From Podarcis filfolensis (taxonomy: Eukaryota), in NCBI GenBank assembly GCA_964270895.1, contig OZ185440.1: a stretch of DNA of 64,000 bases. One strand, written 5' to 3'. The notes under the pieces were generated by a model, which was given only the letters and a program-made list of their open reading frames with translations, was not told the DNA's origin and ran no database searches. Shown in pieces: positions 36,376 through 49,303 of this stretch (positions within the stretch are counted from its first letter, which is position 1; every line of letters begins with the position of its first letter). Position numbers and translations under genes: made by a program.

Positions 36376-38663
36376 GCTGTGCCTTCAGACCATCCCCCGG
36401 AGATATAGGGAAGGATGTGGGGGGATGCTGCTCATTTGCACAGACCTAATAAACATGTGGGTACAAGGACCCAGATAGCAGCTGTATGATACAAAAGAAG
36501 CACCTTCACAGCTTTGTCTAAATAACTGCTTTATAGGAATAACCAGTGTTTTTTTTCTAAAAAAAATGTTTAGGGGTACTCTCATTTTGACTTAAGAAAA
36601 TCACCATTTTATAGTTCAAATTGGGAAAATAAACACAGTAAATGGACACAAGATTCACAAAATGTTTAGGGGTATGTTTATCCTTGCGTATCCCCAGAAA
36701 AAAGCACTGGGAATAGCAGCTGTTGCCCCAAACACACCTTTGGGGAAGTAAAATTGCTGAAAGCTACCTGTAGTTAGCCAACATATTCATTTACATACAT
36801 CAGGTCCTGCACAAACATAAACAATGCTCAGAAAGCAAATAATTGTCAGCTAGGTCTTTTAATTACTTGGATTAGTGTGTCTCTGTGTGTGGTATAGATG
36901 GGTGTTAACTGCCTTGCAAATACTTCTGCAAACTGTCTAGCCTCAGAAAATTTTGCTAGCCTGTCTGTCCATACTTGCCCACATAGCATATGTGACTTAA
37001 AAGAGAATGAAATTGGTTAATACTAGCTTGCTTGCATGCATGCCTGGAAGCTATTGTTAATCATGAAAGACAGCCATATAAATTGCATCTTTCAAACCTG
37101 GTATAAATGATAAATATAATTCTTAACATGTGTTCCAAGCAAAAGGGAATCTCTGTATATGATAAGCAAGCATATAAAAATACTTCTGCTGCAGTGTGGT
37201 ATTTAATATTACTCTCAACTGAAGCATTGTGTAATGAAGGCTTGTTAGAAGAAAATGGAAGTAAGTTATTAGATGATATTACAGCTCAGTGGTAATTTTC
37301 AGATACTCAAGCCTTTGCCTATGACAGGCATACAGAATACTTACTATTCTTAGATTCTGTATAAAGCTGAAAATTCAACATAAATTTGTTAATGACAAAC
37401 TGATGATGCTGGGAGAAAGTCAAAGCATTTTTTTTTAAGACAACATGTTCAGGATGTTCTGGAAAGTGAGCAAAAAGACTTCTCATGTGGTATGACAAAC
37501 ATCCTTGAAGCTTCACTATTATCTTCTGGATTGGAGCAATTAACTGGAAATTAATAGAATGGACTTGCCAAGGGCAAATATGGTTGGGAAACAAAGCCCA
37601 AGTGCACAGCTGCAAAATGGGCTGTAAGGTTGTCAAGAGAGAGAGATGAAGATTATATGGCACAAGCTAAGCATGAGTCATCTGTGGTGGTGGTGTTGAA
37701 AAGAAAAGAGCAAGGGTTATTGGCTTGGATTCACAGACATAGGGTATTAATACAGTTCAGTTTGGCGTTAAACCAAAACTAGATTCTTATTGTCACATTT
37801 ATCTAGCCTTTAGTAGATTGATGGGCAAAATAGAAATCTTAAGGCTGTTGTTAAAACAGGATTAACTATTCCTCACAATTATGTAAGAAAAAGCGAAATA
37901 CAGTGAAATACAGCAACTCGTAGATAGGTTTTCTTAGATGCTATTGAAATATTTTTTTTAAAAAAATGCTTAAGCTTCATGATTTGCAAATTATGTCCTG
38001 TGTTTAAAATGGAAGCAGTATAGATTTAGGTATAATTCAAGGGTGGCAAGTGGAGCGGGGGACTACTAAGACTACAAAGTGCAATGAAATCAGTTGCTTA
38101 ATAAAATAGTCATGTGTCTCTTGCTGGAGAGTTTAAAAAGGTTAGGCAATCTTTCAAGAGTGGCTTAAGAGTATGTAGCCTTATATTTAACAACTTACCT
38201 AGCAGCCATAGGAATTCTATGTAGATGCGTTAAAGGCCTGACTGAGAGACGGATTTCTCCATCCTCCTCAGCCAGCCCACTTGGTTTCCAGTCTAGCAAC
38301 AGAGGAAGGAAAGTCTCTTCCTCCACAGCCATCACAGAAATGCAGTGGGAGAATGAAACACCCTATCCTTTCACCAGTCTGCAGTTTTTTTAATAGCCTG
38401 CATTTTCATGCTGACCACGGGTGATGGACTTCTGTTCTCCACAGCTGGCATGAAAATGCAGGCCACTTAGCAAGTTATCAAAAAATAAAACAAAGGCTAG
38501 TAGCACTTGTGCTTTTATTTTCAAGGCTGAACTAGTGTGTCACTCAGTTCTACTATTCTTGACCCACTACTTACGAGTTAAAGTGAGGATCAGTACACCA
38601 ATAATGGAAATACAAAGTATATACTCCAGGATATTAACCTTAAAGTGGTCCGTTTTTATTCAG

Positions 38664-38770
38664 GTGCCAATGAGGTTCTCTTAGTAATTGGGGGCTTTGG
38701 AAGTCAGCAGTCACCTATTGATGTGGTGGAGAAATATGATCCGAAGACACAGGAGTGGAGTTTCCTACCA
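38664..38770 (+). CDS. KLHL12: KLHL12 coding exon 6 ([18 protein letters not shown]...SFLP; Kelch 1)
   Basis: 107 nt, phase 1-0. Confidence 0.97.
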
Positions 38771-40163
38771 GTATGTAATTGTTTGCTTTATCACATTTTT
38801 TTTGCAACAGTAAAATACCAGGTATATACTTTAATAACACATGTTTGACCGGTCTGATTAAGCTTACTAAGGGGCTAACTGCACTTACTAGCTGATGCGT
38901 GTAACAGTGCCTCAACACCTTTTTTAAAAAAAGAGATGAGGGAATTAAAAAAGGGAAGCAGCAGCTGGGAGTGCTTTACCATCTCCCTGCCCTCTGTTTT
39001 TCCTCTCAGATTGCTTTTCCTCCGTGAGGTGGACATACGTTTGCAATTGGAAATGCTTCTTTAAAACCTTGTGGTTGGAAGAGTTGCTGCAGGGAGGGCT
39101 TCACAAAGATGTTTATAATGCAGGCACCTTCTCCATGTAGGAAGATGGATAAACCCTGTAGTCCCACTGTTGTGAAATTGTGGGCTGGATTCAGCCTGCC
39201 AAACCAATGCAGTTGCTTACCACACATTGGCAAAATCTGACCATCCCTTGCAGCACTGGGCTGAGAGGTGTTTAACTCTCTGCAATGTGTGTATCTCACA
39301 TGTGTGTCTCAGGGGCATGGAGCTGGCTAACGTCTGGCTGAAAAAAGGGTTAGCCAGCTCTGCTGTACAGCATCATCTGTGGGCAATAATACATGTGTTT
39401 CTGATGAGGAGCTGGATGGTGACTTCACACCAAGTATGTGGGTGGCAACATAGTCTTGCACACATGCTAGGATAATAATTACCAAGAATGAACTGTGAGT
39501 CCTAAGTCCCCAGTTCAAATCTCATCTTTTCCTTGAATTTACTGGGTAATCTTGGGCAAGCCACACTCTTCCATTCCCACCAACACCCCCCTAATAATTT
39601 CCACCCTCAACTCCTTTGGGAGGAAGAGTGGCATAGGCTTTTAATAAAATACTGCCCTTTTTTGCCTTCATAGGGCTATTATAAGGATTGTCCAGAAAAG
39701 GCATGTGAAACTATTTGAACCCATGAAAGCATTGTATGTACATAAATGTTAGAAAGGCCTCTTGTGTAAAGTAGTCTGAGATGAAGAATTGGGGAGGTTC
39801 TGGATGATGACTCACAGAGCCATCTGAAATTTAAATTAATGTTTTCTAAATCCCCTAGAGAGCTGTTTGCTTTCTGTATGTCAAAACCTTTTGATACTGC
39901 ATTCCATTGAGGCTCTTCTCGTCTCATGCAGAGAACCTCAAAAGTGTGCTGCGTACTGAAGATGTGAGCATGTGAAATTGAATATATTGAACATATTGTT
40001 GTAGATAAACAGGATATATAGAAATGATAAGCCCTGACACATTAGTGCAGCATTGTCTGTATTGATCGCACTATCTCTGTATGGCATCACTAGGAAATTG
40101 CAGGTGCCCATCATACCTAAAGATACCAAATAAAATTGCTTCCATTTTTTTCTTTATGCATAG

Positions 40164-40359
40164 AGTATCAGCCGTAAAAGACGCTATGTTGCCACAGTTT
40201 CCTTGCATGATCGGATATATGTAATAGGTGGTTATGATGGCCGTTCTCGCCTCAGTTCTGTGGAATGCTTGGATTATACATCTGATGAAGACAGTATCTG
40301 GTACTCTGTGGCTCCCATGAACGTTCGACGGGGCCTAGCAGGGGCTACAACCCTAGGAG
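40164..40359 (+). CDS. KLHL12: KLHL12 coding exon 7 ([26 protein letters not shown]...)
   Basis: 196 nt, phase 0-1. Confidence 0.97.
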
Positions 40360-40538
40360 GTATGTATTGGGAAATGTATTCTAATTCCCCTACTGATAAT
40401 CATTGCTGGAAACAATCTTAAGTACATTCATTTTGCAGGGAAATTAATTCATTTATTCAACCGACATAAATGGATATTTGTAAAATACTGATTTCAAATA
40501 CTGTGATTTGTTTAATTCAGTTAACTGTTGTGTTACAG

Positions 40539-40697
40539 ACATGATCTATGTTTCTGGAGGTTTTGATGGAAGTCGGCGCCACACCAGTATGGAAAGATAT
40601 GATCCCAACATTGATCAGTGGAGTATGTTGGGAGATATGCAGACAGCTCGAGAAGGAGCAGGACTGGTGGTTGCTAATAATGTTATCTATTGTCTTG
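40539..40697 (+). CDS. KLHL12: KLHL12 coding exon 8 ([19 protein letters not shown]...VIYCL)
   Basis: 159 nt, phase 1-1. Confidence 0.96.
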
Positions 40698-41675
40698 GTA
40701 GGTAACCTCAGTGTATTTACACATTTTTATATGGTAGTGCCTCAGCTGCAGTCTGGTGAAAAGACTATGCAAGAAGCTGTAATTAGGAAGTGATCTTGCA
40801 AATTTCACAGCATTCGTAAGTTCTATTTTGCCCTGGAATGCCCATTCCAGGGCAAAACAGTACGAAAGGTTTCTTCCGTGAAAAGCCTTTGAATTCAGAA
40901 TTCCAATATCTGAAAGCAGTAGGCTCCATATATAAACGTAGAAACAGAGCAAAGGCAATGAATTTTGCAGGACAGAGCTCAGGAATTGTTGCATTGCATC
41001 AGTCCTGAATCTTTTGGTTTTTAAGAGGTGACTTAATATTTAAGGAACCATCCCAAATAAATCCTTAGTAGGTGCTTAAGAGTTGTTCAGCATAGTAGAT
41101 GCAGCAGCCCTCAGCTCCACAGGCTTCTCAGCCAACCAACCCTGAAGCCTCTGCCTCCAGGATCCAGATGCCCAAGCCAGGTACTGCCACTACTGGCCAC
41201 CTTATTTCGCCAGCCGGCTTGGGGATCTGCTGCTTCTACTGCTGCCAGCTGGCCAATTAGTCTGACAGGAGGAGTGTGGGAACAAGGGAAGTTGGTAGAA
41301 GCAGTGGACAGCTGGCCTGATAATCCACTGCTGCAGTCCCCACCGCCAATCCCTAGGCTGGCTTGCTGCTTCCTTCCTCTTCCTGCAGTCCTCCTCCTAC
41401 CAGTCTGACTCTTCATGCTAAAACGTTTGGCAACAGCACAAGAAAGTCTAAGCCTTTCATGATCCTCCCTGCACTCTTCCTTTGCACCTCTTGACATCAG
41501 GAGAGGCAAAGAAGTGGTGGCAATGGGGAGATCGTAAAAGGCTTTTGGTGAGCTCTTAAGGAGATGTGGGTGTTTTTTGTGCAGAGGTTGGCTTGGTGAG
41601 TGAAGTGAAGCGAGCAGGGGCAATAGCCCCTCATAAAAGTAATACAAGTAATTTAATGGGTTCCTCTGTTTTCAG

Positions 41676-41774
41676 GTGGTTATGATGGTCTGAACATCTT
41701 AAATTCTGTGGAGCGATATGATCCCCACACTGGGCACTGGACAAATGTCACTCCAATGGCCACAAAGCGCTCAG
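41676..41774 (+). CDS. KLHL12: KLHL12 coding exon 9 ([20 protein letters not shown]...KRS)
   Basis: 99 nt, phase 1-1. Confidence 0.97.
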
Positions 41775-42552
41775 GTGAGAGTCCTGATCAGGGTGGGGAG
41801 CTGTTGGCAGTATACCAGCTGTCTTTAACAGTAATGGTGATTTAATAGGGACCATCTGATTAGAGTGAGAATTTTGTTCTTGCTTCTCCCTGCAACTGTA
41901 CTCCTACAGAGTAGAGCTCCTGAAGCTTCCAAATAACGAATCTGGAATTTGCCAAGGACACCAGGAACCAGCCTCTTTTCCCAGCAGCTCTCCAACTACC
42001 ACAGGGTTGTATCAAACAGTGCATGGAGTTCTGCTCATGCAATGTGGCTTCCACTTCTCCTCTCCCTGCATGCTCCCAACATCTGCTCCAGACAGTCGCC
42101 CAGCTTCCTGGAGCAGATTTTTTTGGGGGTAGTGGTGGTTAGGATTAGGGTTAGAGAAGATGTCCTATTACACTGCACAAGCCTGTTTTGTGCGGACTGT
42201 TAGATACAATTCATACTATCTGAATAGCCTTCACAATATAAAACATTTGTTTGCTCTCACTCCTTTATACAGTTTGCATGCTGTCTTTAAATGTATATAA
42301 ATGTATACTTTTCTTGGATATCTTTAAGCAACTTTGACATCCTGTGCAAACATTACAGTTCTGGGAAGATTACTTTCCCCCTGTCACCTTTGCAGTGGGA
42401 GACTGTGACTATTAAAAGAGGCAGGCATTATGATAACTTCACCCACCAAGGGGCTTGTTCATTTTCAGAAGGCATCCAGATATGCCTTATATCCATCCAG
42501 ATATGCCTTATTGTGGGATTTGGTGCTACGTTCCATGGTTTTTCTTTCCCAG

Positions 42553-42739
42553 GAGCTGGAGTAGCCTTGCTGAATGATCATATCTATGTGGTTGGAGGGT
42601 TTGATGGAACAGCACATCTCTCCTCTGTGGAGGCGTATAACATTCGCACAGACTCATGGACCACAGTGACCAGCATGACAACCCCCCGCTGTTATGTGGG
42701 AGCAACAGTCCTGAGGGGACGACTTTATGCCATAGCAGG
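42553..42739 (+). CDS. KLHL12: KLHL12 coding exon 10 ([19 protein letters not shown]...LYAIA)
   Basis: 187 nt, phase 1-2. Confidence 0.97.
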
Positions 42740-43260
42740 GTAAGGGGGCCAAGCTTCACTCAGAAATACCTTTAAGCCCTAGCATAGCTGGGGCAGTCTA
42801 TCTATACTTTTATATAAGTGTATTAGACGCCCAGTATCAAGGCAAAAAGGCCCATCTGATACAGCGTTTGTTTTTGCGCACTGAGGCACATGATCAAGAT
42901 AAAAAATGCAGGCGGGGTGAATGCTGTTGGCTAAGGCCTTGCTTGCAGCCTCCCTATAGGTATCTGTGAGAACAGGATGCTGAAATAGATGAGCTACTGG
43001 CATACCAGGCGTGAGTCTTCCTTCTGTGAAATTGTAATCTGTAGATTGGTCCACAGGGTGGGTTTGTGGTAACATCATCAAAGATGGACATGGCAAGTGT
43101 TTCCTTGCACTGACCTCTCACAAAATACAAGAGTTCTGTCATCGTATGACTTAATAGGGATGGGTGTGCCACCGCTCCAAACTATGATCAAGTCATTGTC
43201 TCCTTTTTAAGAGTTCCAGACTTCAACATGTTCTCATCAGTGATCTTCTCTCACGTGTAG

Positions 43261-43387
43261 GTACGATGGGAACTCGCTTCTGAGCAGTATTGAGTGCTAT
43301 GACCCTATCATTGACAGCTGGGAAGTGGTGACATCACTGGGAACCCAACGGTGTGATGCTGGCGTTTGTGTGCTGCGTGAGAAGTGA
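43261..43387 (+). CDS. KLHL12: KLHL12 last coding exon ([16 protein letters not shown]...VCVLREK, stop)
   Basis: 127 nt, TGA at 43385-43387. Total CDS is 1695 nt, or 564 aa. Confidence 0.97.
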
Positions 43388-44921
43388 CCTTAGGGGGAAG
43401 GCCTTGCGAGAGCACTTCTGTGGAACAAAGAGACTATGGGAGAAAGTACTGGCTCACTTGCAGCTATTGCTCTTGTAGCTGTGGATGCAGTGACCATTGC
43501 TATCTGGCCTGCGCTGCAGACCTTCAGGCTCATCTTCAAAGCTACTGATTCCATTTAAAAAACAATCCACACACAAGGCACTTTGAACTGAAAACAGAGA
43601 AATCACATGCTCATGTAATGATAACCCTGTGAAAGTGAGTTGCCTAAAGCAGTAAAGATGTCTGTGCTTTCTGGCCTTCTGCATCTCTAGAACATTGGCA
43701 CATACAAGAAAGTTTGAGCATGGCACCAACGATTTGTGCCTGAATGTTTCCATGTACCAAATATGCTGCAGTGCAGACATACTGTTAGTGAGCATTGTGT
43801 GGGCACACTGTGTTTGTTTTTGGACGCTTTTTACGTTCTGCACAGACTTGCCCATGGTGCTGGGGAGAAGAGCCAGAGGCTGATGCATGCAACTGATAAA
43901 GACTCTGTGTGTTGGTATAAGCAATCTGGCCTTCCACCATAACGGAAAAGGGGGCAGCGGAGACTATACCCTGCTGGAATATTCAGTCTTATCTGCTGGG
44001 AAGAAAGGCAAGGAGACAGGAAGAAAATACTGAATTTCGTGTTTTTACCAATTTTACCTGAAGAGAGGGTGTGTGTTCTAGTACTTGTGAACAAAAACCT
44101 GTTTACATCTGCTATCTAAGCCAAGTTTTTTTTAGTGTTAGTGGAGCAGTGAAGTAGCAAATCTTGACATATTGGCGGGAAAGCGTATAATGTGCTCTGG
44201 AAAGGGTGCATCTGCCCAGGCCACTTAGGCTGCATTGCGAATGTCCCTTCAATCTCCACAAATCACTGAACATCTCTTCTCAACCCCACACTGGTCTTAA
44301 GCCTGATACCCTGTGCAGGCCTTCTGCATGAGCATTGTCAGCACAGGTTGTCTTACACTCAGCTTTTATTGTGCTTCTGCTTTAGCATCAAAGTAGGAGC
44401 ATGATACATAATATTTCGTTAAGAGCACACTAATGTTTACAGTGCATTGTAGGTTTACCTGGTGTCATTTCTCTCCAGACCCAGTTACAACAAGGCATTT
44501 CACGTGAACTGGAACATTTGCTCAAGGCATCTCTTTCGTGGCATATTTATGATTCTCCTTGCCTATTTTAATACCCCTCTGGTGTGTTATGCAGCTTGTA
44601 CTAGATATGTGAATTCACACCACATTGCTGAAATGGACACCTGAGCCTGTGGATAATGCGCGTCCAACCCCTCATGGATGTGCCCTAAACTTTCAGCATG
44701 ATCCTGGAGCTCTCTCTCTCCCATGACCCACTGAGCCTCTTCCTGTGTCACACAGCTCTATTGGGAGCCAAGGGGTGAATGTATTTATTTGCTGGGTGAT
44801 ATTGACTCCTTGCTTTGGGGATATGGTAGCATGGGAGAATGATGCACTTTCGAATAACACTGAGTTTATAAGTCCTGTCCTATCACATCAGTGTTTGTGA
44901 TTCATTTCTTACGTATTTTTT

Positions 44922-44927
44922 AATAAA
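44922..44927 (+). terminator. KLHL12: Probable KLHL12 polyadenylation signal AATAAA
   Basis: Canonical hexamer about 1.5 kb after the stop, with U-rich sequence upstream and T/G-rich sequence downstream. Confidence 0.6.
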
Positions 44928-45185
44928 AGTATCTCTGGTACATGTGAACATTTGGTTTCTCCAAGTAGGTTGCCTTTATTTTTGCAGTAGCATTTATTAT
45001 TTAAACCATTTTTTAAAATCTAAAGTATTTGTTGAAGTGTGCCTTTTATGTAGGCTTCTTCTGAAGAGGTGCCAACTGGGCATTGGTGGAGTCTACATTT
45101 GCCCACTTTTTTCTTAAGTCCATCTTTTTTTCACAGCTTATTTCTTAAAGAGAAAGTAAAGTGGTGGGGATTAAGAAAATGTTTA

Positions 45186-45328
45186 TAGAATAATAGAAAT
45201 GTAGAGTTGGAAGGGACCTTGAAGATCATCTAGTCCAACCCCCTGCAATGCAGGAATATGCAGCTGTCCCATATGGGGATTGAACCTGCAGCCTTGGCGT
45301 TATCAGCACCACACTCTTAACTAACTGA
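45186..45328 (-). mobile_element. SINE with a tRNA-like head and a CR1 3' tail
   Basis: Same tail as 13146-13275 but a different head (tcagttagttaagagtgtggtgctgataacgcc...ggttcaatcccc). Confidence 0.7.
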
Positions 45329-45863
45329 AGATTATTTTTACTTTGATGCGCAAACTGCATTTGCGGCTTTCTTAATCTTGCATATCTTCAGATCTCCCTT
45401 TCCACTCTTGCTTACATTATAGTATGACCCCATTGCTCCTTTCAGGGAGGGAGCTGTCATCTATTGAGGCAGGCTCTGAATGAAATGAATAATGCATCTC
45501 ATCATCTGGTAAAGAAGTTGCCAAGAAATAATTCTGTGTGTTTTCCTACTCTTTTGAGCCCTTCCACTTTTCTCTGTAATATCTTACCATAAAACAGAGG
45601 CAGGGAGTTAGCCAGGTATCAATCTCCTTACACAAGAAGCCATCACATTCTTCTTCCTCTTTAGTACTGTATTTTAATCGAACTCGGTGAAATACATTAC
45701 AGGAGAGAAAACTAGGTAGTATTCTGAACACAGAACCCATGGGCACAATGAGTTGTTTGGAAGGCACAATGGCCGCATGTGTGAATGGAGTCACGTTTTA
45801 TTGTGGGAAGACTCTTTCCTTTCGGTTACTTCCATCTACCCCTCTAATCCCACCCGCCTAAAA

Positions 45864-45890
45864 ACACACACACACACACACACACACACA
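45864..45890. repeat. (AC)13 microsatellite
   Basis: Read directly from the sequence. Confidence 0.95.
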
Positions 45891-46259
45891 TTACGGCATC
45901 TATGCCAGCCTCCAATAATTCCCCAGTTGGGAAACAGGAACAAAGAAGAATCTGCACTAGCAGGGCGTTCTTCCCAAAACGAAAGTGGGATGTGCGCGCT
46001 ACCACCTTTCCTAGCATAACGGGAAGCTGCCTTCCATCCACGCAGACGTGTTCGTGACATCTTGCAAGCTGCCGGTACTGTGAACAAGGGCGCAGAGCCA
46101 CTTGCTCATCTTTTTCCCCCCACTGGGTTCGTAGCTGATGAATTCAGCCGGCATCTACTTTTACTATTTCCGTTCGATATTATATTAGTACTAAAAAAAA
46201 CAAAAACCCGAACTGGTGCAACGGCAGGATTGCAAAAGGAAGAAAAGAGCTTTAGCATT

Positions 46260-46700
46260 GAGGAGCGCTGGACTGCGCCGCTCGCTCGGTCTCCTCTCCG
46301 CTTTCCTGTTCCGCGTAATTTGCGCGCGCGCCTTGCAGAGCCGGCCGAGGGGAACAAAGCGGGGCGCCTCTCTCGTCCCCGCTGGTGTCGCCCCGCCCTC
46401 GCCCTCTTGCGCCTGCGTGGCTATGGCGGCGCCCGGTTCGGAGATGGAGGCGGCGGGCGCGGCGGGGCCGGAGGAGCTGGTGTGCGCGCGGGGCCGGAAC
46501 CGCAAGGCCGTCCTGTGCCAGCGCTGCAGCTCCCGCGTGCTTCTGCCTGGCACCGCCACCTTCACCCGCCGAGAGGTAGGCAGCGGGCGGGCGGGAGAAG
46601 GGCTTGCTGGGGCGCCCGTCCTCGGCCCGCCTCCAGGCGCCGCGAGACCGGCTTGCCGAGGCCAGGGCGGGGTTTTCGGAGGAGCTTCCCCGGAAATCTC
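46260..46700 (+). promoter_or_regulatory. RABIF: RABIF CpG-island promoter
   Basis: CpG-dense, has GC boxes, and contains exon 1. Confidence 0.85.
46423..46575 (+). CDS. RABIF: RABIF (MSS4) exon 1 (MAAPGSEMEAAG...GRNRKAVLCQRCSSRVL...RRE)
   Basis: 153 nt, CxxC zinc ligand, phase-0 donor GAG/GTAGG. A second in-frame ATG lies at 46444. Confidence 0.92.
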
Positions 46701-47595
46701 CCGTTCCTCCGGTGGTGCTTTGCTTAATAAGAGCCAGAGGTAGAAATCTCTGCCTAGCCCTGAAGATCCCTCCGTGATTTGGGGCCAGTCATTCTCTCAG
46801 ACTCGCCTAATGCTACATTGCAGGGAGGTTGCGAGTTAAAAATGGGATATATTGCGGGTGGCGGGGGGTGATATCTGCAATGTTGAGCTTGTTAAAGTCC
46901 GGGGTATAAGTGAAAATAATGGCTATGAAAGGAAAGACGTTTAGAAAGAGGCTTGGCGACTTGTCTGGCTGCAGAATGGGAAGACTGTGAAGACACCCTG
47001 CAGATCCTAAGAGGCATACTTATTATTAACACATGCTTTACAGTTATGGAGATAAGTCTTGCCTAAAATGAAGCCCTGAATCCAAAATCTAGGTGGAGAG
47101 CCAACTTTGCAGCCAGAGGCGTACCCAGGCTCCCTTGCACCCTTCGCAGTGAGCTGTCTCGCCCCTGTCTTCCCTTGCACCCTTGGCAAGGAGATCTATT
47201 GGTGTGGAGAGACACACTTTTTGCACCCTCCTGGGCCTGCACCCTTGGCAGGGGCCAACCTGGGCAGCCCCTAGGTACACCCCTGTTTGCAGCTAGTCCG
47301 CTTGTGTATGCTAGGGGAGGCTAACCAGTGTTATTGGACTCTGATTCCTATCAGCCCCAGCCAGCGTGGTCAATAGTCAGGAATGATAGGAGTTCTGGTC
47401 CAACAACGTCTGGAGGGCCACAAGTTAGCCACTCTTGAGGAATATTCAAAGTAGCAGTGAAGAGACAGGGAGTTGTGTGTTTGGGAAACTGTAGAGAGCT
47501 CTAACTACCCCATAGTAAGTACCAGCACATCATGCCAGCCATGTTGCTTCTTTCACGATAAAAGCAGCTGACTTGCTTGTTCTGTTGCTTGACAG

Positions 47596-47841
47596 CTTTT
47601 CCTCCCTGCTATGAAGAAGAAGACCGCCCTGGTGGGTAACAGTGACTTGGATGGGGATGTCCTACAGGACCACTGGTTGGTTGATGACATGTTCTCTTTT
47701 GAAAATGTTGGCTTCACCAAGGATGTTGGAAATATAAAGTTCCTGATCTGTGCAGACTGTGAAATCGGTCCTATTGGCTGGCACTGCTTGGATGACAAGA
47801 AGAGTTTTTACGTGGCCTTGGACCGTGTGTCCCATGAATGA
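47596..47841 (+). CDS. RABIF: RABIF exon 2 (LFLPAMKKK...DMFSFENVGFTKDVGNIKFLICADCEIGPIGWH...VSHE, stop)
   Basis: 246 nt, acceptor ttgacag, second CxxC, Mss4 signature. Confidence 0.97.
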   Translation, partial: LFLPAMKKKTALVGNSDLDGDVLQDHWLVDDMFSFENVGFTKDVGNIKFLICADCEIGPIGWHCLDDKKSFYVALDRVSHE

Positions 47842-48159
47842 TGTGCTGGCTGGTGACCAAAAGATCAATGATCTTCCTGTCGGCTAGTTCAGACACGTTA
47901 TAGCTACTCTTCTCTCTAGCAGACTAATGTCTACTTTGTAATGCCAACATGCAGCCTTGAAAACGGCTCAAGAATGGTGCCCTAACATGTTGCATTGAAA
48001 GAAGTGTCTGCTTATATTGCTTGTCAAGTGACTTACGACTCCCTTGAACCCCTTCTCCCCATTTAATCCTTGCCCTGAGTCCTGTTCTTGTCTAAATTCT
48101 TGCAGATTACATTGGTGTAATTTGAAGCAAAGACCTCTCTTTATTTAATTATTGAGTGA

Positions 48160-48165
48160 AATAAA
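48160..48165 (+). terminator. RABIF: Candidate RABIF polyadenylation signal (second candidate at 48461-48466)
   Basis: AATAAA hexamers in an AT-rich 3' UTR. Confidence 0.45.
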
Positions 48166-48916
48166 AATATTGAGATACACTGAACCATCTATCCCCTGTA
48201 AAGTGAGCATATTAATGCAACTGGAAGAATTCTTCTAGCCTTTTTTTTTTTTTTTTTTGCTTTTGGGCAGTATCATATCCAGATTTATGGTTTTCTGCTG
48301 TATTTTGGACCAAAGGGTGCATACTTTTGACTTTAATGTTTACAGACATGACTGCTATATCTCTGTCAATTGACATTTTATAATTGACATTTTATAATTT
48401 CTATCTTATAATTGTTATTGAAAGCCAAGTCTTGGTTGCGGGACTTTTTAAATGTGGGAAAATAAAACGAAGCTTTTGAGAGTGCAGAAGAAAAGTACAA
48501 GAAAAGAATGTAATCGGCGGAGCTAACCTTCTAATCCTTTACAAATATTTGTATTTAATTAAATGTAAACCAAGCTTTTCAATTTGTATGTTGTGATCTT
48601 TCTATAAAATGTTGCCAGAGATAATGAACCTAATGAATCTTAGCTAATTAAAAACACAGCAAATCTTGACAAAGAAAGAATGCTTCAGTTGGATGTACTT
48701 CCACTTCTCCGCATAGTCCTTTTCGATTTTTATCAATTTTCCTTGCCAAAAATGACCCATTAGTTCTATAGAAACAGAATTCTGATGTTAAAACAAAACA
48801 ATTATCTGATAAAATATATTAAATGTAAATCTCACTACTTTTGTGGAAATGAGAATTATGTTCAATAACAGTGACGGATAAAAACAAAGTAGCACATGTA
48901 GAAACACCCATCATAG

Positions 48917-49303
48917 GAAGGGTTGAGGGAGTTGAGACTGTTTAACCTGGAGAAGAGGAGACTGAGAGGAGAGATGATAGCCATCTTTAAATATCTAAAG
49001 GGCTGTCACATGGAGGATGGAGCAAGCTTGTTTCCTTCTCCCAAAGCTAGGACCCGAACCAATGGATTCAAGTTACAAGAAATGAGGTTCCAACTAAACA
49101 TCAGGAAGAACTTCCTGAGAGTAAGAGCTGTTTGACAGTGCAAGGACTCCCTCAAGAGGTTGTGGACTCTCCTTCCTTGGAGGTTTTAAAGCAGAGATTG
49201 GGTGGCCACCTGTCATGGATGCTTTAGTTGGGATTCCTGCAATTCATGGGGTAGGACTAGATGACCCTCGGGATCCCTTCCAACACTACAGTTCTATGAT
49301 TCT
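48917..49303 (+). mobile_element. CR1 LINE 3' end
   Basis: Encodes LRELRLFNLEKRRLRGEMIAIFKYLKG...FQLNIRKNFL, ending in a ttctatgattct tail. Confidence 0.93.

Noticed and set aside
41111-41647. 178-aa antisense ORF in a KLHL12 intron
   Set aside because: No recognisable domain, promoter or splice support.
43385-43393. Stop-codon read-through of KLHL12 (TGA C)
   Set aside because: The context is TGACCT rather than TGACTAG, and a TAG follows after one codon.
46062-46743. 221-aa and 175-aa ORFs at the RABIF island
   Set aside because: GC-rich read-through frames. Only 46423-46575 matches RABIF.
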